This document shows, one piece after another, positions 12,346 to 26,170 of a stretch of DNA of 64,000 nucleotides (the stretch's first letter is position 1; each line of letters opens with the position of its first letter). Source of the DNA: Xylographa opegraphella (lineage: Eukaryota); the NCBI GenBank assembly GCA_022813865.1, contig JALDZX010000008.1, forward strand, positions 124,001 to 188,000, in the 5' to 3' direction. Below the pieces are notes generated by a model. It ran no database searches. It saw only the letters and a program-made list of their open reading frames with translations, and had not been told where the DNA came from. The translations under genes were made by a program, and so were the position numbers.

Positions 12346-13775
12346 ATGGCGTCCCTCAGTGCCCATCAACTCCTCGCGATTGTCGTTACTGAACGCATTG
12401 GCGCATGTATCTCTTTCATAAGCAGTCTCTCGGTCATTGTTGCGTATGCCTCATTTGGTTACTTCCGAAAGCCAATAAACTCTCTGGTCTTCTTCGCAGC
12501 CTTCAGCACCATTGGCATGACATATCCGAGTCTCGTGTCCGAGTCTGGGCCGAATGCTGGACAACAGTCGGCGCTATGTCTCTCACAAGCTTTTGCGGTG
12601 CAGATGTGAGTGGCCTCGCCCAAGAGCATCTGCATACCTTCTGATCTTTGGCGACAGGTTCCTCGGTGTGGATGCGACTTGGTCGCTGTGCATGGCTGTC
12701 AATGTGTATTTGGCTTTCTTCCGCGGCTGGACGACCAAGAATCTAACAAAACTGCACTACCCGTACCTGCTGTTCTGCTATGGCATCTCCGGCGTCCCTG
12801 CCCTGGTCTACCTGGTCCTAAGTGCGAAAGGTTACCAAAATATCTATGGTCCAGCAATAGTAAGTCCGATTGGAAGTGGACTATGAGACCACCAACCTTT
12901 GCTAAGAGCCTTCTGTAGATTTGGTGCTGGATTGATATCGAATATGACGCCGTTCGAATCGGAACCTTATACGCCATTGTGTGGTGAGATCCATTGTCCT
13001 TCTGATGTCTCCAAAGACTCTACTGATAGCTGAGTAGGGTCTCTCTACTAGTAGCTATGACAATATACTGCATTGCCGGAAGAGTGATATGGAAGAAACG
13101 CCAGCATATAAAGGGAAACTTTCTCAACCCTTTGAATGAGAACTTCTTGAATACTGTGACTACAACGGTAGATGTCTCGGCCTCGGACCGTCGTGTAGTT
13201 TCTATGCTACGGAACGACTCGGAGGCCCAGTATGAAGACTATCAGCAGTATACCGTGGAGGTCGAGACGCAGCCAGAGGACAAAAGCCAGCTCCCAGCAA
13301 TCCTGCACATGCCTCGTATTACACGAGAGGTTGCCGAGAATGAAGTCAACCCGGATGCATGGCTCTACGCTCGGTCCGCTGTGCTTTACTACCTCGCGCT
13401 ACTTATAGTCTGGGTAAATATCACATCTACAAGTATCACAACCAGAACCAAGCTCACATTCAATACCAGGTCCCATCAAGCATCAACCGCATCTACTCTC
13501 TCGTCCATCCTGACGAGGTCAACTTCGGTCTCAATTATGTTTCGTCCCTGGTGTTTTCGCTCCAAGGCTTGTTCTACGCTATAGTCTTCTGCGTCACCAA
13601 CCAGGCTGCCTGCAGCCGACTTTATAAGGATATTCATCATCGACTCTTTCCCCGCAAGCATAGCATGCTGAACGAGGCCACCAAGAACGATGTGACGTTG
13701 GATCGCTTCGCTCGCCGCACCAGCCAGAGGCTGGACAGCGATATCAATAGCATTACCTCACTCGCGGGCCATTAG
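12346..13775 (+). CDS. cAMP-receptor-like (CAR/Crl-type) 7-TM G-protein-coupled receptor, 5 exons
   Basis: TERIGACIS...FRKPINSLVFFA, DATWSLCMAVNVYLAFF, YGPAI|IWCWI, W|VPSSINRIY, LQGLFYAIVF. Canonical introns at 12606-12657, 12860-12918 and two more. Confidence 0.88.
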
Positions 13776-14457
13776 TCTAACAATCTCTATTCGAACGGCA
13801 GCTTGATTATCTGTCGACGGCGTCAACCTTTGCGAGTATACCCCTGCAGCGAATGATCTCTGTGTCTTATTTCTGATAACTGCTTTGTTCTTGTACAGCG
13901 GATGAAGAATTCTGTATCTCTACAATGTTGAGAAGCACCACAGCCATCTGGCGATGACGGTGCGCAACTTTGTGATTTGCCCTTGTTCATAGAACGAGTC
14001 TCGAATATAGTCCACAAAGACCAATCCAGTTTCTAAGATAAACGTTCATCTGTAGCCGGCTTATCGGTCGCGTGAAGTAATCGCACAACCGTGACACATC
14101 TCCCCGGTTTGCCTCTTCACGTTGAACCAATTATTCACCCTTTGGGATGGTTGGGGCGGAGTGTGAATTACGCATACCTCTCAGTATCTGCTCCCAAAAA
14201 CGATGTGAAGCATAGTGTAAAGGCGTGAATCGCAGATTGTCATTGACTACCAATGGAGCATACGGTTGGTCCGAGGTCGTTCTGGCCGCATTAGGAGGCA
14301 GGGATTGGTCTTGGCAACGCTTCGATGCTGGCTTCGGACATGCAGCACCGCAACCTCAACCGTCCTGCTGTGTAACACTCGGCCCGCTTGTTCCTGATAC
14401 ATCATTCAATGATCATGCTCCATATCCACATTATAATATAGATTCTACGACATCAAC

Positions 14458-15809
14458 ATGGACGCTGCGTATGATCATATCCAGGAGGAAGTCTTGCGGC
14501 CCGAGAAAACTGGCGGGCAACAGGTCCAACAGCCTGAGGGTAGCTTGAACACCGAATTGCAGGAAGCTTACAGGTCCTTCTCCGCGAGTCCATGGGGTGC
14601 ACGGCTGGGCGGGTTTCTCGGCAGCGTTAAGAAACAAGGCGAGAGCTACTATCAAGGGGCTCGTCAAGAAGCAGCGGCCGCCAGCGAGGAAGCTCTCAAA
14701 GGATTTTCGGATCTCAGATCAACTCTCGTGAGCCGGGCCCGGTCTATGTCCACGGGCGAAGGCCCCTTGTCTTCGACTACAGCTTCACATGTCACCGAGA
14801 AAGGTCCCACCGAGGATGAATCGCAAATAGGCAAGAAAGAACGTTCAGATGACGCAGCTCTCCGTGAATCGGAAAGTCTCATTACCCGCTTCCAAAAGGA
14901 AGCTGCCAAACGCCTCAAAGATATTGAAAAGGCCGAGGATGCAGCAGATGAAGCGCTTTTGAAATTCGGCACCAACATCCGCAACTTCCTCCGTGATGCA
15001 GTCACCATCGCACCTCCTACCGATGAGAAGGATAAAGATGGCAACAGTAAAGTTCTGTTTGAAAGTAAAGACCAAGACGGGAAGAGGGTTATACATACTA
15101 CACGCTTTGACGCGCAGCTACATGCCATACACTCCTCTCTCGAGAGTTTCACCAAGGATCCGGTCAGCCCAGAATACGAGAAATGGGTCACTCAAGGCTT
15201 CAACGTGGAACAAAAGACAAGCGATATAGCGGCAGATCTGGATAAGTATGAGGAGTTGAGGAGGGCGATGGAGAAGCTTGTGCCAGAGAAAGTCGAATAC
15301 GAGCAATTTTGGAAACGGTACTACTTCTTACGAATGGTTGTCGAGAGTGAAGAGCAACGGCGAAAGGATTTACTGAAAGGTACGCGCGTATTTGTCTCCT
15401 TTCGAGGTAGGCCCTGTCTATAACCACATCTAATGAACTTATAGGTGCAACGCTTTCCAACATCGAAGAAATAGGGTGGGACGAAGACTCCGACGACGAA
15501 CCCTCTACCCCTCAAGCCAAAGTCTCCTCTACCTTACCCAAGCTATCGAATGCTACTTCTGCGTCGACTTTAACAGCGTCAACTACAATCCCTCCCAAGT
15601 CGTCTGCGACAGAGACTTCTACCGCCGAGACAGATACACTGAAGCCCAATGAACCACGCAAGTCCCAAGACCAGCACAGTCAGCCGGATAGCGACGCTAG
15701 CTACGACCTCGTGAGTGGCGCGACAAGCCAGGCACCGCCCAGTCCGCGGGACGATAAGAGTGATCACGCTTGCAAGAACGACGACGACGAAGAGGAGGAT
15801 TGGGAATAA
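14458..15809 (+). CDS. BSD-domain protein (DOS2-like), 2 exons
   Basis: MDAAYDHIQEE start, TTRFDAQLH, LRRAMEKLVPEKVEYEQFWKRYYF (BSD core). Intron ~15380-15444, then EIGWDEDSDD, SDASYDLVSG and terminal EEDWE*. Confidence 0.9.
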
Positions 15810-16507
15810 GACAACAATTCACTTCAGCGGGCGCACTGGGGTTAGGGTCGGAACACTGGATGATGGGTGTTGTTGGAGCATATCGGTCTGTATGATTGGC
15901 AGTTATAGTTGAGCATTCGAGTTGGGACTCCAGGCCATTGCCTTTCTACTTATCTTATCCTATCTTCAGCGAGAATTGTTTACAGTTGAGAACTTCTTCT
16001 AACGTCGCCTTTTTTCTCTTCTCTTGTGCTTGTTCGTCTACGAGTTTCATATATATATATATACCCCATGCAAAATGTCCCCGCATTAAGCAACATTTCC
16101 CGTTCTTGCGACCTCTACCATCCCTCCAAGCTCAGCTTAACCCTCGTCCCTCGGGGCATTCCGAAATTGGTCTTCCGGTTTATATATGAGGTGCCATCAC
16201 ACGCCGCTGGCGGTTCATGTGAATTCATTTTCCTTCAACATTACATTAGAGATCCTACGGCCTATTCGCCCGCACCATCCCTTGAAGCCCAATATCTTGA
16301 AACTCCCGCTCCCCCATCCTGGGGTGGCCGGATAGAACGAATAGAGTAAAGGAGTATTGGAGCAGATGTCTCGACTTTAGGGATTTTTTCTGGTTTGGGA
16401 CGCAGAGGTGGGCACGCTCTTTTTTTTTTTTGCAGAAAGAATAAATCGCGTTGTTTGGAAAGCCGGATTATTAGGGTTGGGATGTTTGTGGTAAGTGCTA
16501 CCATTTC

Positions 16508-16527
16508 AANAAAAAAAAAAAAAAAAA
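16508..16527. other. Assembly gap (N at 16510) within a poly-A run
   Basis: Single N followed by A17; contiguity across this point is uncertain. Confidence 0.9.
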
Positions 16528-16531
16528 GGGT

Positions 16532-16750
16532 CGACCACGACCCACCAATCCGCCATCAGTGCACGTGGAAGGAGACACTGAGTTTGATAAAAGCTACAAT
16601 CTCGACAAGATCGTGGGGAAACGAGTGACACCTACGGACCTGGTTCGACATTTAGTGAAATGGAAAGGATACAGCCCACATTTCGATCAATGGTTGCCGA
16701 TATCACAACTCGACAACGCAACTGAGTTCATAAAAAAATATGAGGAGGCG
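16532..16750 (+). mobile_element. Ty3/Gypsy (chromovirus) integrase C-terminal chromodomain fragment
   Basis: RPRPTNPPSVHVEGDT...YNLDKIVGKR...HLVKWKGYSPHFDQWLPISQLDNATEFIKKYE is a chromodomain with the Pro-rich linker typical of fungal chromoviral Pol. No RT, integrase core or LTR is visible. Confidence 0.8.
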
Positions 16751-18476
16751 GAGCACCGCGAGGAACAAGCGGACAAGTCAGTGACAGTAGGACCTGCAAA
16801 GTTGCTCTGTGCTACAGGGATTATTTGCGACGGAAGTCGTGGGAGCATACTTCCCCGAGCGGAAACGATTTAGTGAGCGTATGTTGATGGACGAGGAATT
16901 CGGTTTCCACGACACTAAATACCTTACGCGTCGAGGCAAACCTCTACATCAGCAAGCACTTACGAATCGTTCTTGCGGGGGCGGGAGGTCGGTGAGAAAT
17001 TTAGGGCAGCTGGTGTCGACGTCAAGGCATCCCGGGATGCTGTTGTACTATGAGGGGGCAAAAAGACATTGCAGTGCAAGTCGACGGCAAAATTCCGCTG
17101 ACCTTGGCGCGCGTATGGGGTCGCTGGATCCTGGTCCGGGGGGTAGTCAGGGGCGCTGAGGTACCGAGATGTTGAGGTCATGATAATGGGGGTCTGGGAA
17201 TTTGTCACCTGGGTTGGATAGATGAACAGGCTGGGGAGAGGGCAATGCTGGTATCAAATTGCTTTTCTTACCAGGTTGGGAAGGGTTACGGGAGGGCGTG
17301 GAGTCGCCTGTTGGCTTTGGTGGTTATATTCAAAACAACGGGATTTGGGATTCGCCCCCGCAAAATTATACAATCAGTTCCACCATCGGCTGAGCTCAGA
17401 AAGATATCAGAATGGGAGGGCAACATGCATCATTCGACCTATAAATGAGAAAGCTGGCTACAGCTATCTGGAGTTCTGAGGCTGTGTTCGAAGTTCGGTG
17501 TCTCCGCCTTCCGGTGAAAGTTATTATATTCGACCGGCATCTACAGTTATTAGACGTGATTACCGAAGCAGTTGGGTGCAACAACCAAGCCAGTGGTGCG
17601 GGCATACAGAGTTTCTTCTCCGATAGAACGATAGTGTTGACAAAGAAAGGACAGCTTACTTGTTCTTAGTCTTGCGCCGTACAAAGGATAGATTTTTATT
17701 GGCGAGCACTGATGTTCAAGACATCGGCTTGGTAAAAATTGTTGGTAATGGTAATGGCCGAAGACTTGGAATGTGCCAGTGCCTGAGAGATACAGGTCAG
17801 GATGTTAAGATGCTGAATTCATAGAAACCGCTACCTTAGGCAGTCCAGATGCTCCGCAGCCCGAAAAAAAGAGGGGAAAAGACCGTCGTGTACGTGGGCA
17901 TTCGGCTATCCACTTTCCCAAGAGTCTCCATTCCGTGCAAGTGGACTCATATCAAGGGTACTGAGAGGGTCACTAATTCTTGGAACCAGTGAGATGGTAA
18001 CTTGGCAGGCAGATCGGAGATTGTGGTATTCAGATCTGCAAATGGCCATGTGGGCATCTTGGTTTTGAGAAATCCTACACTGGGACGAAGCTGGCATGGT
18101 AGGACAATCGGCTATTCCGACGGCTTGTCAAGCTCGAAAACCTGGCGCGGTCGAGCCTGAGCATTTCTCTACTGGGTGGGCTCGTCGCTCATTCAAGGAA
18201 TTACTTTCCGGAAATAATTCTACCGTCTAGCTCTAACATCGTCGTCCGAGATACTCGGCTGAGACGATCCATCTGCTCAGGAATGACCTCGACAGTTCTG
18301 TTCTCTCTAGTAATGTGTCTGACGGGAGTTTCTTTGCTTGACGGACTTCTCGCGAGTATTATATATTCGTTGTTTATTAACTATTATATATGACATTTAT
18401 ATCTTTAGGAAGTCGCTGCAGCATCGACGAAGCGCATTTTTCATGAGTAAGGCAACAAAACTTGGAAGAAAATCCA

Positions 18477-20300
18477 ATGCAATTTGAGAATAAGGAACTT
18501 TTGACGGAGATGTCTGCTCTTCAAATCGAGTACATTACCAATTTCTTCCAAAAGCCGCATTACGTGACTTATCACGAACTGAATGCGGCACTAGAGCGGC
18601 AGCATAGGATGGCTATCACAGGCAATTCAGAAGCTTAGTGCAGAAAGACGTAAGCTGATAGAGGAATATATATGCACTGGGCTAAAGCCAGGGATTGCTA
18701 TTACAGAGGGCCTCAGTGATATTTGGGTAAGACAGCACAACTTCCAAGCGAAGAAACGGCATAATTCCCGTGATATATACAACTACCACTCCTACTCGCT
18801 TTGATATATGAGCGAAGACGCCACTTGGTCAAGGAGATGTGGACGTCAGCTCGTCCGAAGCGCAGCTGGGAATGATACTGGTGGCACACGAAAGTTCGGA
18901 AGTTCACCACTCTGTGTCCATGACCGTCGACACACCCGGCGATGCGCTTAATCAGACAAATATGCTACCATCCCGTTGGTAGTATTAACTCCGGGAGAGC
19001 CTTGATGCAGAGATCCGACGGTACCAGCGTGACACGCTGGATAATCAACAGAAAATACTGGATCTGATTAATAACAACAAGCTTTTGCCAAGTATAGCAG
19101 AAGGCGTGGACGTCATTATAAACGACAGTATTCCCGTCTCACGGGAATTATCATCACCTTTATAACGGTAGAGAGTACAATCTCCTGTTCTACCTAGACA
19201 TCGACCAATGATTTCAAATAAGATACCCAGCCTCGATAAAGGGGCCGTGGTCGATATGGAGTATGAGTTCACTCTGCAGGTCAACATAGATGCAGGGAAC
19301 AAGAGAGTGGAGGAGGCAGTGGCATGAATGATCACGTTACGTTTGTGATAGTACAACCGGCAATCTTCGGCATCCGCCAGAAGTCGAGCAATGATCCTAA
19401 GCAGAACCTCCGGCTAGATAGAGGGGCTGAGAACAGCGGGAAACATGAACTTGTCATCCAGGCTAATCAAGCTGTAGAGAACAAAGGAGTCAAGGAGGCT
19501 GCTGCTAGAAATAGTATGCCACAAGATTCACATTTTATGCTTCAACTTAATACGATTTTGAGATAGAGGGAACTGCAAAAAAAGCACTGCAAAAATGAAA
19601 AGCGCCGGTAGCTATTTTACCATCTCTACGCGGCTGGCCACGACATGTCGAGATAATGCTGGCTTATCAAAAATAAATGCGGTCAACGTGGCATCCCATA
19701 GATTACACGCGACGGAGGAAGCCTCGATTGACAAAGCACAGGCACAAGGGATGCCGAGAACCCGCGAATATGTCGGTCGAAAACAACATTGGACCTCGAG
19801 TCAAGCAAGGTTCAATACTCGACAAAGAGTCTTTATTTGACATGTCTCTAATCAATGGAGGTTGCGTAATTGATAAGAATCTCGCAGTCCGTTCAAGACA
19901 GTTTCAGCGCTGCTGATGTGTATGGTTGAGCGATGGCTCACCATCGCTTTTGCCGACTCTGCAAGATGCTGAATTTTACATTTCACTGACGTGGGTCGAC
20001 TAGATGCCTATGGAATGCAGGAATTGTTTTGTCTTTGGATGAGAACCAAGATGCTGGTCATCGATTACCTTTATCAACGGCATAGCATAGATTCAGACCG
20101 CGGGCGGTCTGAAGATTATCAATCTCCGAGGAAGATAGCAACCCATATCCACTTAGCCATCGGACAGCCGTCGTAACACGAGCCAACGCTGCCTCGCTCA
20201 GAGCTTATACGGACGATCCCTTGCTGTACAAAAGTCGCTCGGACGGGTTAGCTCTGGCTACAGCCTCATTTACGTATTCTACAACAGATCTCTTCCCCGA
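18477..20300 (+). pseudogene. Probable decayed NB-ARC-type STAND/NLR gene
   Basis: RMAITG...AGA AAG ACG TAA then, after a shift, LIEEYI, matching a degenerate P-loop GKTQLxxEY. DTLDN...LLP...G.DVII (~19030-19120) resembles the Walker B to LP..G.IITxR segment. Many stops; boundaries approximate. Confidence 0.35.
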
Positions 20301-22666
20301 TAGAAAACGTCCCTCGAGCTGGAGGTATTCGGTAAGGAGGAAAATTTATGGTGGTTTCTTCCTTCAACAAGGGAACGCCGGCCACGTCGCTCGGAACGGA
20401 AGCTTGCTAGAGGGGTTGGGCATGGAGTTCACGGACAATCCTGACGACCACAAGTGTTCTTAGTGGTTTGCTGATTACACTTTGCCCACTATTATTGGAG
20501 TATATCCTTGGCTTCCCTGTTTGCACAATAACCTCGATACTGTGACATGGTCCAAGCAATACGCGTACACCTAGGGACCACGGGCATGTTGCAAGGTATG
20601 CAGCAGGAGGAGCCATGTTGCTGGATGTGGTCGCTCTTATTAATTTACAGCCGTCAAACAATATCGGACGGACCCTTACATATCAAACTACGTTGACTGT
20701 TACTAAGGGTTCTCGCTCTTGAATCCGGATTTTGGGACCGGTAGATACAAGGAGAATGGCGACTTATGACTCCAGCTGTCCTCAGGACGTTCTGGTGGGC
20801 GTGGTAGGTGACTTCGTATTGTTGGAGTGACGTGTGTTACGTCCACGTAGAATGTTACAGAGGCTTGGTTGCTGGGATATTTGAGATCTATCATCCATGT
20901 CTCACATGATGATTATACAACCGTATGGTATAGAATACTTTGGGCTATATATAAAGTGTGCCATCTGTTTTGAATAGCGCGATTGACTCCCATCCTGGAC
21001 GCTTGCTTGAACTAGATACCTTTCTCAGCAAATTATCTGCCGATCCGCTCGAATCACCGACGAAGCAGACCAGGCGCCCATGAACAAGCCGTCCTTCCTA
21101 CCCACACAACTCCTCCCTCCGCATCAAAAACCCCAAATTGCCCCCGACATCCTCACCCTCCACGCGACTGCACCCAATCTCCATAGCTGGCCATCCAATC
21201 CCCGCTATGGAGGCCATGTCCTAGGTTAATGAAACGTCGTGCAGCGCTAGTTACGCTCAAGTGCTTGGGAAAGCGTTTCCAATTCTGGTTGCCCCAGCTC
21301 TTCTCTGTTTGAGCGACCGCGACTTCTTCCTCGTTGCGGAAGTACAGCAGCCGAAGGACAGGTTCAGGCACAGGCTCAGGCATAATCGTAGAAGCTGATG
21401 TTCGGTGTGACGCTCAGACATTATCTCTGATGCAGTGGAGCTTTGAGGATAATGGTGAGATGAGGGGGGAGATCGCGCGAAATTTCGGTCTGGTCAGCAT
21501 TGAAGGAGATAGGCAAATTGGCTGTTACCAACGCGAAGACTGCCACCAGGGATGATACGTAAGATATAATGGCTTGTTGTGGGGCTAATAAAAGCTTTCA
21601 AGCGAATGTTCAGGCAGAGCAAAGCGGATGAGGGGGAAGCAAAGTGGCGCGATCTAGGGAACGAGAAAGTGGGAAATGGTTGTAGGAAATGTGCATTGGG
21701 GAGGGAGAACCGTGAGTTGAGATACTATAAAAATAGGAGAATTTGCCTATCACGCAGCGGGTGTGATTTCACAGCAGAAGGATGTAAGAACACTTCGTCT
21801 CCGAACTGGAGATATTCGAAGTGGGAAAAGCGCCACGGGCTTCACTGGTGTGTAATAGACTGTCATGTTGATTCGAAGAGATGTTACTGATAGAACAATA
21901 CATAAGCCGAGATAGTAATCTTCGAATGTGACAATAGAGCCGATCACGAAGTCAATCCTCTCAAAACAGTGGTTGAATCCGTACCTAAGAGGAAGAACTT
22001 TGTTGTGGGGACAGGTAAGCATTTCCACTTGCATCTAAACAAGCGGCATCGTGATGGTGAGAGATGAGTGAAATGAGCATTGAGATGAAATGTAAGTTGG
22101 ATAGGAAAGACGGAGGTGCTTACTGCCCGATCCGGTAGTCTAGCCGAATTGCGCTAGTCAGTTGAAGGGCCGACTTAGGCTACCCGTAGGCTAATAATGC
22201 CGGATCTTCCATTCGCGTGGTTGGCTTCAGGCGGTGCTTGGCTCTTACAATGTTGGATCATGCCACAGCTACAAGCGACCAACTCACTGGGAGACACCTT
22301 GCCTTTGAGTATGGGGCGTGATTGTCTGCCTTTCTCACCTCATGGCTGGACCTCAACGAGTACACGTGCAGGCGTTGGCTGGCCGAGCCGAAGAATCTTT
22401 CCCTGTACTGACGTGCAACAGTTGTACAGAATAACAACAAACGGGCGGTTCAACCAACCCCGATCCATGGCTAGCTATTACTAAGTGTCTGTTCAGCTCA
22501 AGCGTGATAATATGGCAAGCTGTCCCTTACCTTGCGATCCTCTATTTTTCTGTTTTCCTACCTCTGGTCTTTGTATTCTGATTTTATGCATATATTTCTT
22601 GGCGCGAATAACAAGCAGGCTTGTCGTCTATTGTCTAATTGACCTTCCTCCGCCTTCTGATCCTCC

Positions 22667-24944
22667 ATGTCTTTGCCAAAGCATAGGCCTGCAGGCTCGA
22701 CCTCCTCAATGTACAGCTCAAACCCATCCAGTCTGTCGAGCGAGTACATAAATATCGCGCCAAGTCCATCGAAACTACAAGAAAAACGCCAAATGTTTTC
22801 CGATGAGGGAGTTTCCAACTCCCGACCTTCCATCACATATCTGCCACCTCCATTTCCACCTCCCACCTACGATCCCACCGTTACCGCTCGGCAATCCTTC
22901 CTGCTACGACATCGCAGATTCGTGAAGACTATGGCATATTTCACAATTCTTTTACTCGTGACGTTCGCTCTTGCAGTCCCCGTCTTCCTATGGAGGGATC
23001 GTTGGGCCGAGGAAAGGAAAGGTGCCAGTGATCTTCGGTTGCATCTGGCCATATGGATCTTCGCGTCTTGGGGCTTCTTTATACTCTCCAATCTGCTGAT
23101 CAACATACTCCCATACGTTTTCAAACTATATGCTAGGTTGTTCAATCCGGGATGGATCAAATATTGGCGAGTGTTTCGATTCATGAGATTTGCAACCACT
23201 ATGCTTGGTGGTGTTCTTGGCATGTATTGTTCATTTGTCTATGTGAGTTATGTGTCTCTAGTTGACTGAGCTCCACTGATATTCACCAGATTATCCATAA
23301 CGACAAGGCTCTGTTCAAAAAAGGACCTAAGAAACCGGACCCAAAGTCTATGGATTGGGACGACATCCTCAAAAACCTAGCTATCAATGCGAATAAAAAA
23401 TTGAAGAAGCCGTCTGAAGCCGATTGGAACAAGATTGTAAACGATGTACTCACAATGGCAGTAGTATGGGTTGTCCTCTTCTTTCTGGAACAAATTGCGA
23501 TGCTGTTCATCTCCATACATTACCATTACCGTGCCGACGGTGTCCGAATTGATGAATCAAAACGCAGAAGAAATGCTCTTCTAACTTTATACGAAGCATC
23601 GATCTCATTGTATGCTCCATTTCAGGAGGAGTTTCATTCTGAGGATGCCATCATTCGTAGCGGAAAGGGAGCCGGTAAAGGAAAATTCTCTTCCAAATTT
23701 TCATCGTCCAACCCGAAAGTTATTGTTGATCATGCTCTTGAGGACCAAAGGTCTTCAGCAGCCATGGCCAAAAGGATATGGATGTCGCTTGTGCCTGAAG
23801 GTAGAGATGTCCTAACGGCGCAAGATGTCATTGAAGTTCTTGGAACTCATCGACGAGCAGAGGCTGAGGCAGCGTTTGATAATCTTGACAAAAATGAGAA
23901 CGGTGACATCAATTTGAACGAGATGGTTTTGATTGTACTTGAGACAGGGAGGACTCGGCGAGTCGTCTACCAGGGCATGACAGATATCAACAGAGCCATC
24001 AATGTTCTTGATTGGATGTTTCGGTGTCTTATCACGATGGCTGTTGTTGTCTTTGGCAGTAAGTAATACTGAATTTCCTGTTCGTCAGCTTCTAGTACTA
24101 TACTGAAGTTCGAACAGTTGTCCGCTATATTCCGAGTCTCGCCAAGATGAAAGATGCAGCTGGGTTTGCCGCGTTTGGTCTTACGTGGGGTCTTGGAAGG
24201 TCGCTCTACGAGTTCATCAACGGAGTCATCTTCATCTTCTTCAAACATGCTTACGACGTTGGGGACCGCGTTGAGGTCTACAATATGGCAGCGACCCTTT
24301 CAGTACCGGTCACTGTGAAGCATGTCTCCCTCTTGTACACTGTCTTTCGACGTGTCGACAATGGCAAGGACCTTCAGATAGGTAACGACCGTTTAGCTCT
24401 GAAGCGCATAGAGAACGTCTCGCGATCTGGTGTAAACCGTGAAGAAGTTTCTGTAGTTGTGGATTTCAACACGACTTTTACCGACATCCAAAACCTGAAG
24501 CTTGAGATTCAAAGATTCTTGACAAGCAGAGAGAACAAACGGGATTATCAACCTGACTGCGATGTTCGCGTCGGCTCCATATTCGAGATGAACAAACTCG
24601 AGCTCAGAGTCAAGTTCACTCATAAATCTAATTGGTCCAACGAAGAACTGCGGGCAGCACGATCTTCCAAATTCATGTGCGCTCTTGTAGCTGCGATCCG
24701 ACGTCTTTCGACACCAAAGCCTGGCTCAATTCAGTCGGCTCCAATGAGCCGAGATGAGTTCGAGGAACGGAGTGAACAAGCGGCTTTCAGGGACTTGACA
24801 CTAATACCGGTGACGTCTGACGAACTTACTCAAGACAGCAATATTGCCACTGGGGCCGAGATTGGTAGCTGGATCGGGCAAGCATCAACCGGCTTGAGGA
24901 GAAGGACTGATCAGACGAATGGAGGTGTTTACTTCGGCACTTAG
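22667..24944 (+). CDS. MscS-like mechanosensitive ion channel with EF-hand (Msy1/Msy2-type), 3 exons
   Basis: TM segments, ISIHYH, SSAAMAKRIWMSLVPEG, EF-hand DKNENGDINLNE, IFIFFKHAYDVGDRV, SLLYTVFRR, IENVSRS, HKSNWSNEELRAARSSKFMCALV. Confidence 0.92.
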
Positions 24945-25149
24945 ATTTGGCATCTAAAAGGATATCCACTGCTGGTGTAACGACACGGTATAGAATCCAT
25001 ACTGGACAGCTCACCTCAACTTTCTTGGTTGATCAGGTTATTGCCCCAGTGTGGTGACCGCACTAGGGCTCTGGAAGGGTTGCGAAATACCCCTACACCA
25101 CTTTGCACCAGGATTTAAGATCGGCAGCTCTTCCAACTCGAAGGAATCG

Positions 25150-26060
25150 ATCGATCTCGAAGCGACTGCTCTAGGGCAAGTGAAAACTACGGTGCTTCTG
25201 ACTTGATAAATGTCTACTTGTCCATCTCCGGAGCTTCGTCGATGATGTACCTACCCTTCACACATCGTCGAACGCTCGATTTGCTTGATCCATAAGAGCG
25301 TGTCGATACGTGACTTGAGTTTGAAAACAATCAAAGAGCTATACCTGACTGAGGTGGTGGAAAGTATGATCCCACACCTTCCACAATCCATGTTTGTGCC
25401 TCTCTCGGACTTACTGTCAAAGATCTACGACGCTGTAACCTCAGTCCTCACAACATTCTTGGCGTCGTAGACCATCAAGCTTGTGAAGCCAAAATCGAAT
25501 CGCTTCGAGCTTCACGATCGTGGGAACCACAATAGTAGGACATGAACTCGGGCCTTCGAACAACATAAGTCAGAGTTATTCTCACACTAACAATGTCGTG
25601 GAATAGTGTCTTGTGGGTGTAGGCTTGAAGGAAGTTGGGGTGGTAATTCTGGATGGAGACTCAAAATAAAGGAGTTTGCAGCACATGAAATTGGCCACAG
25701 CAAAATTTGAAGATTTATGTATTTTTGTAGTTAAAGCCATAGGGAGTGAGCTAATTTTCGGCAAATCATGAACAACTATATTCATTAGAGTCTGAATATT
25801 TGCCGGCACACACGGTGTCTACACCTCATAGGGGACACTTCCCTTCGCGCAAGTCCTAGCACACGTGACTGCGCGTTAAACAGGCGCATAACGTCATCGT
25901 CGGAGTTGGCAAAACAGGAGGTTTCTACGGCACAACAGTCGAATAATGATCCAGAACAATATCGTGCTAGGTTCATAAGTCTATTTGAGGACGAACCTGC
26001 GACCATTATGCCTTGTTGTTTTCTTGTGCACATTCTGAGTGAGATCGTTGTATTGCACAC
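25150..26060 (-). pseudogene. Probable decayed protein kinase gene
   Basis: Subdomain remnants in order on the minus strand: CAVET (VAVK-like), NIQTL (HxNIV-like), HD..*CEN (HxDxKxEN-like), FDFGF (DFG at 25488-25496), TAS* (APE-like, 25425-25433), D.GRCGIIL (DxWSxGxIL-like). Stops and frameshifts present. Confidence 0.45.
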
Positions 26061-26170
26061 TTTGTGATTTCGTGTTAGATGTAATCATAAATCGTGTTCT
26101 ATTCATCCTCTTCAAAGCCATTGCATGATTCGGGACGGTACTAGCGAAGATCTGTGCTGTATTCACACTG

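Noticed and set aside
15841..16480. Scattered TTAGGG hexamers
   Set aside because: Isolated single copies, not a telomeric array.
25043..25095. Hairpins downstream of the MscS gene as a possible ncRNA
   Set aside because: Short imperfect stems with no recognisable RNA family features.
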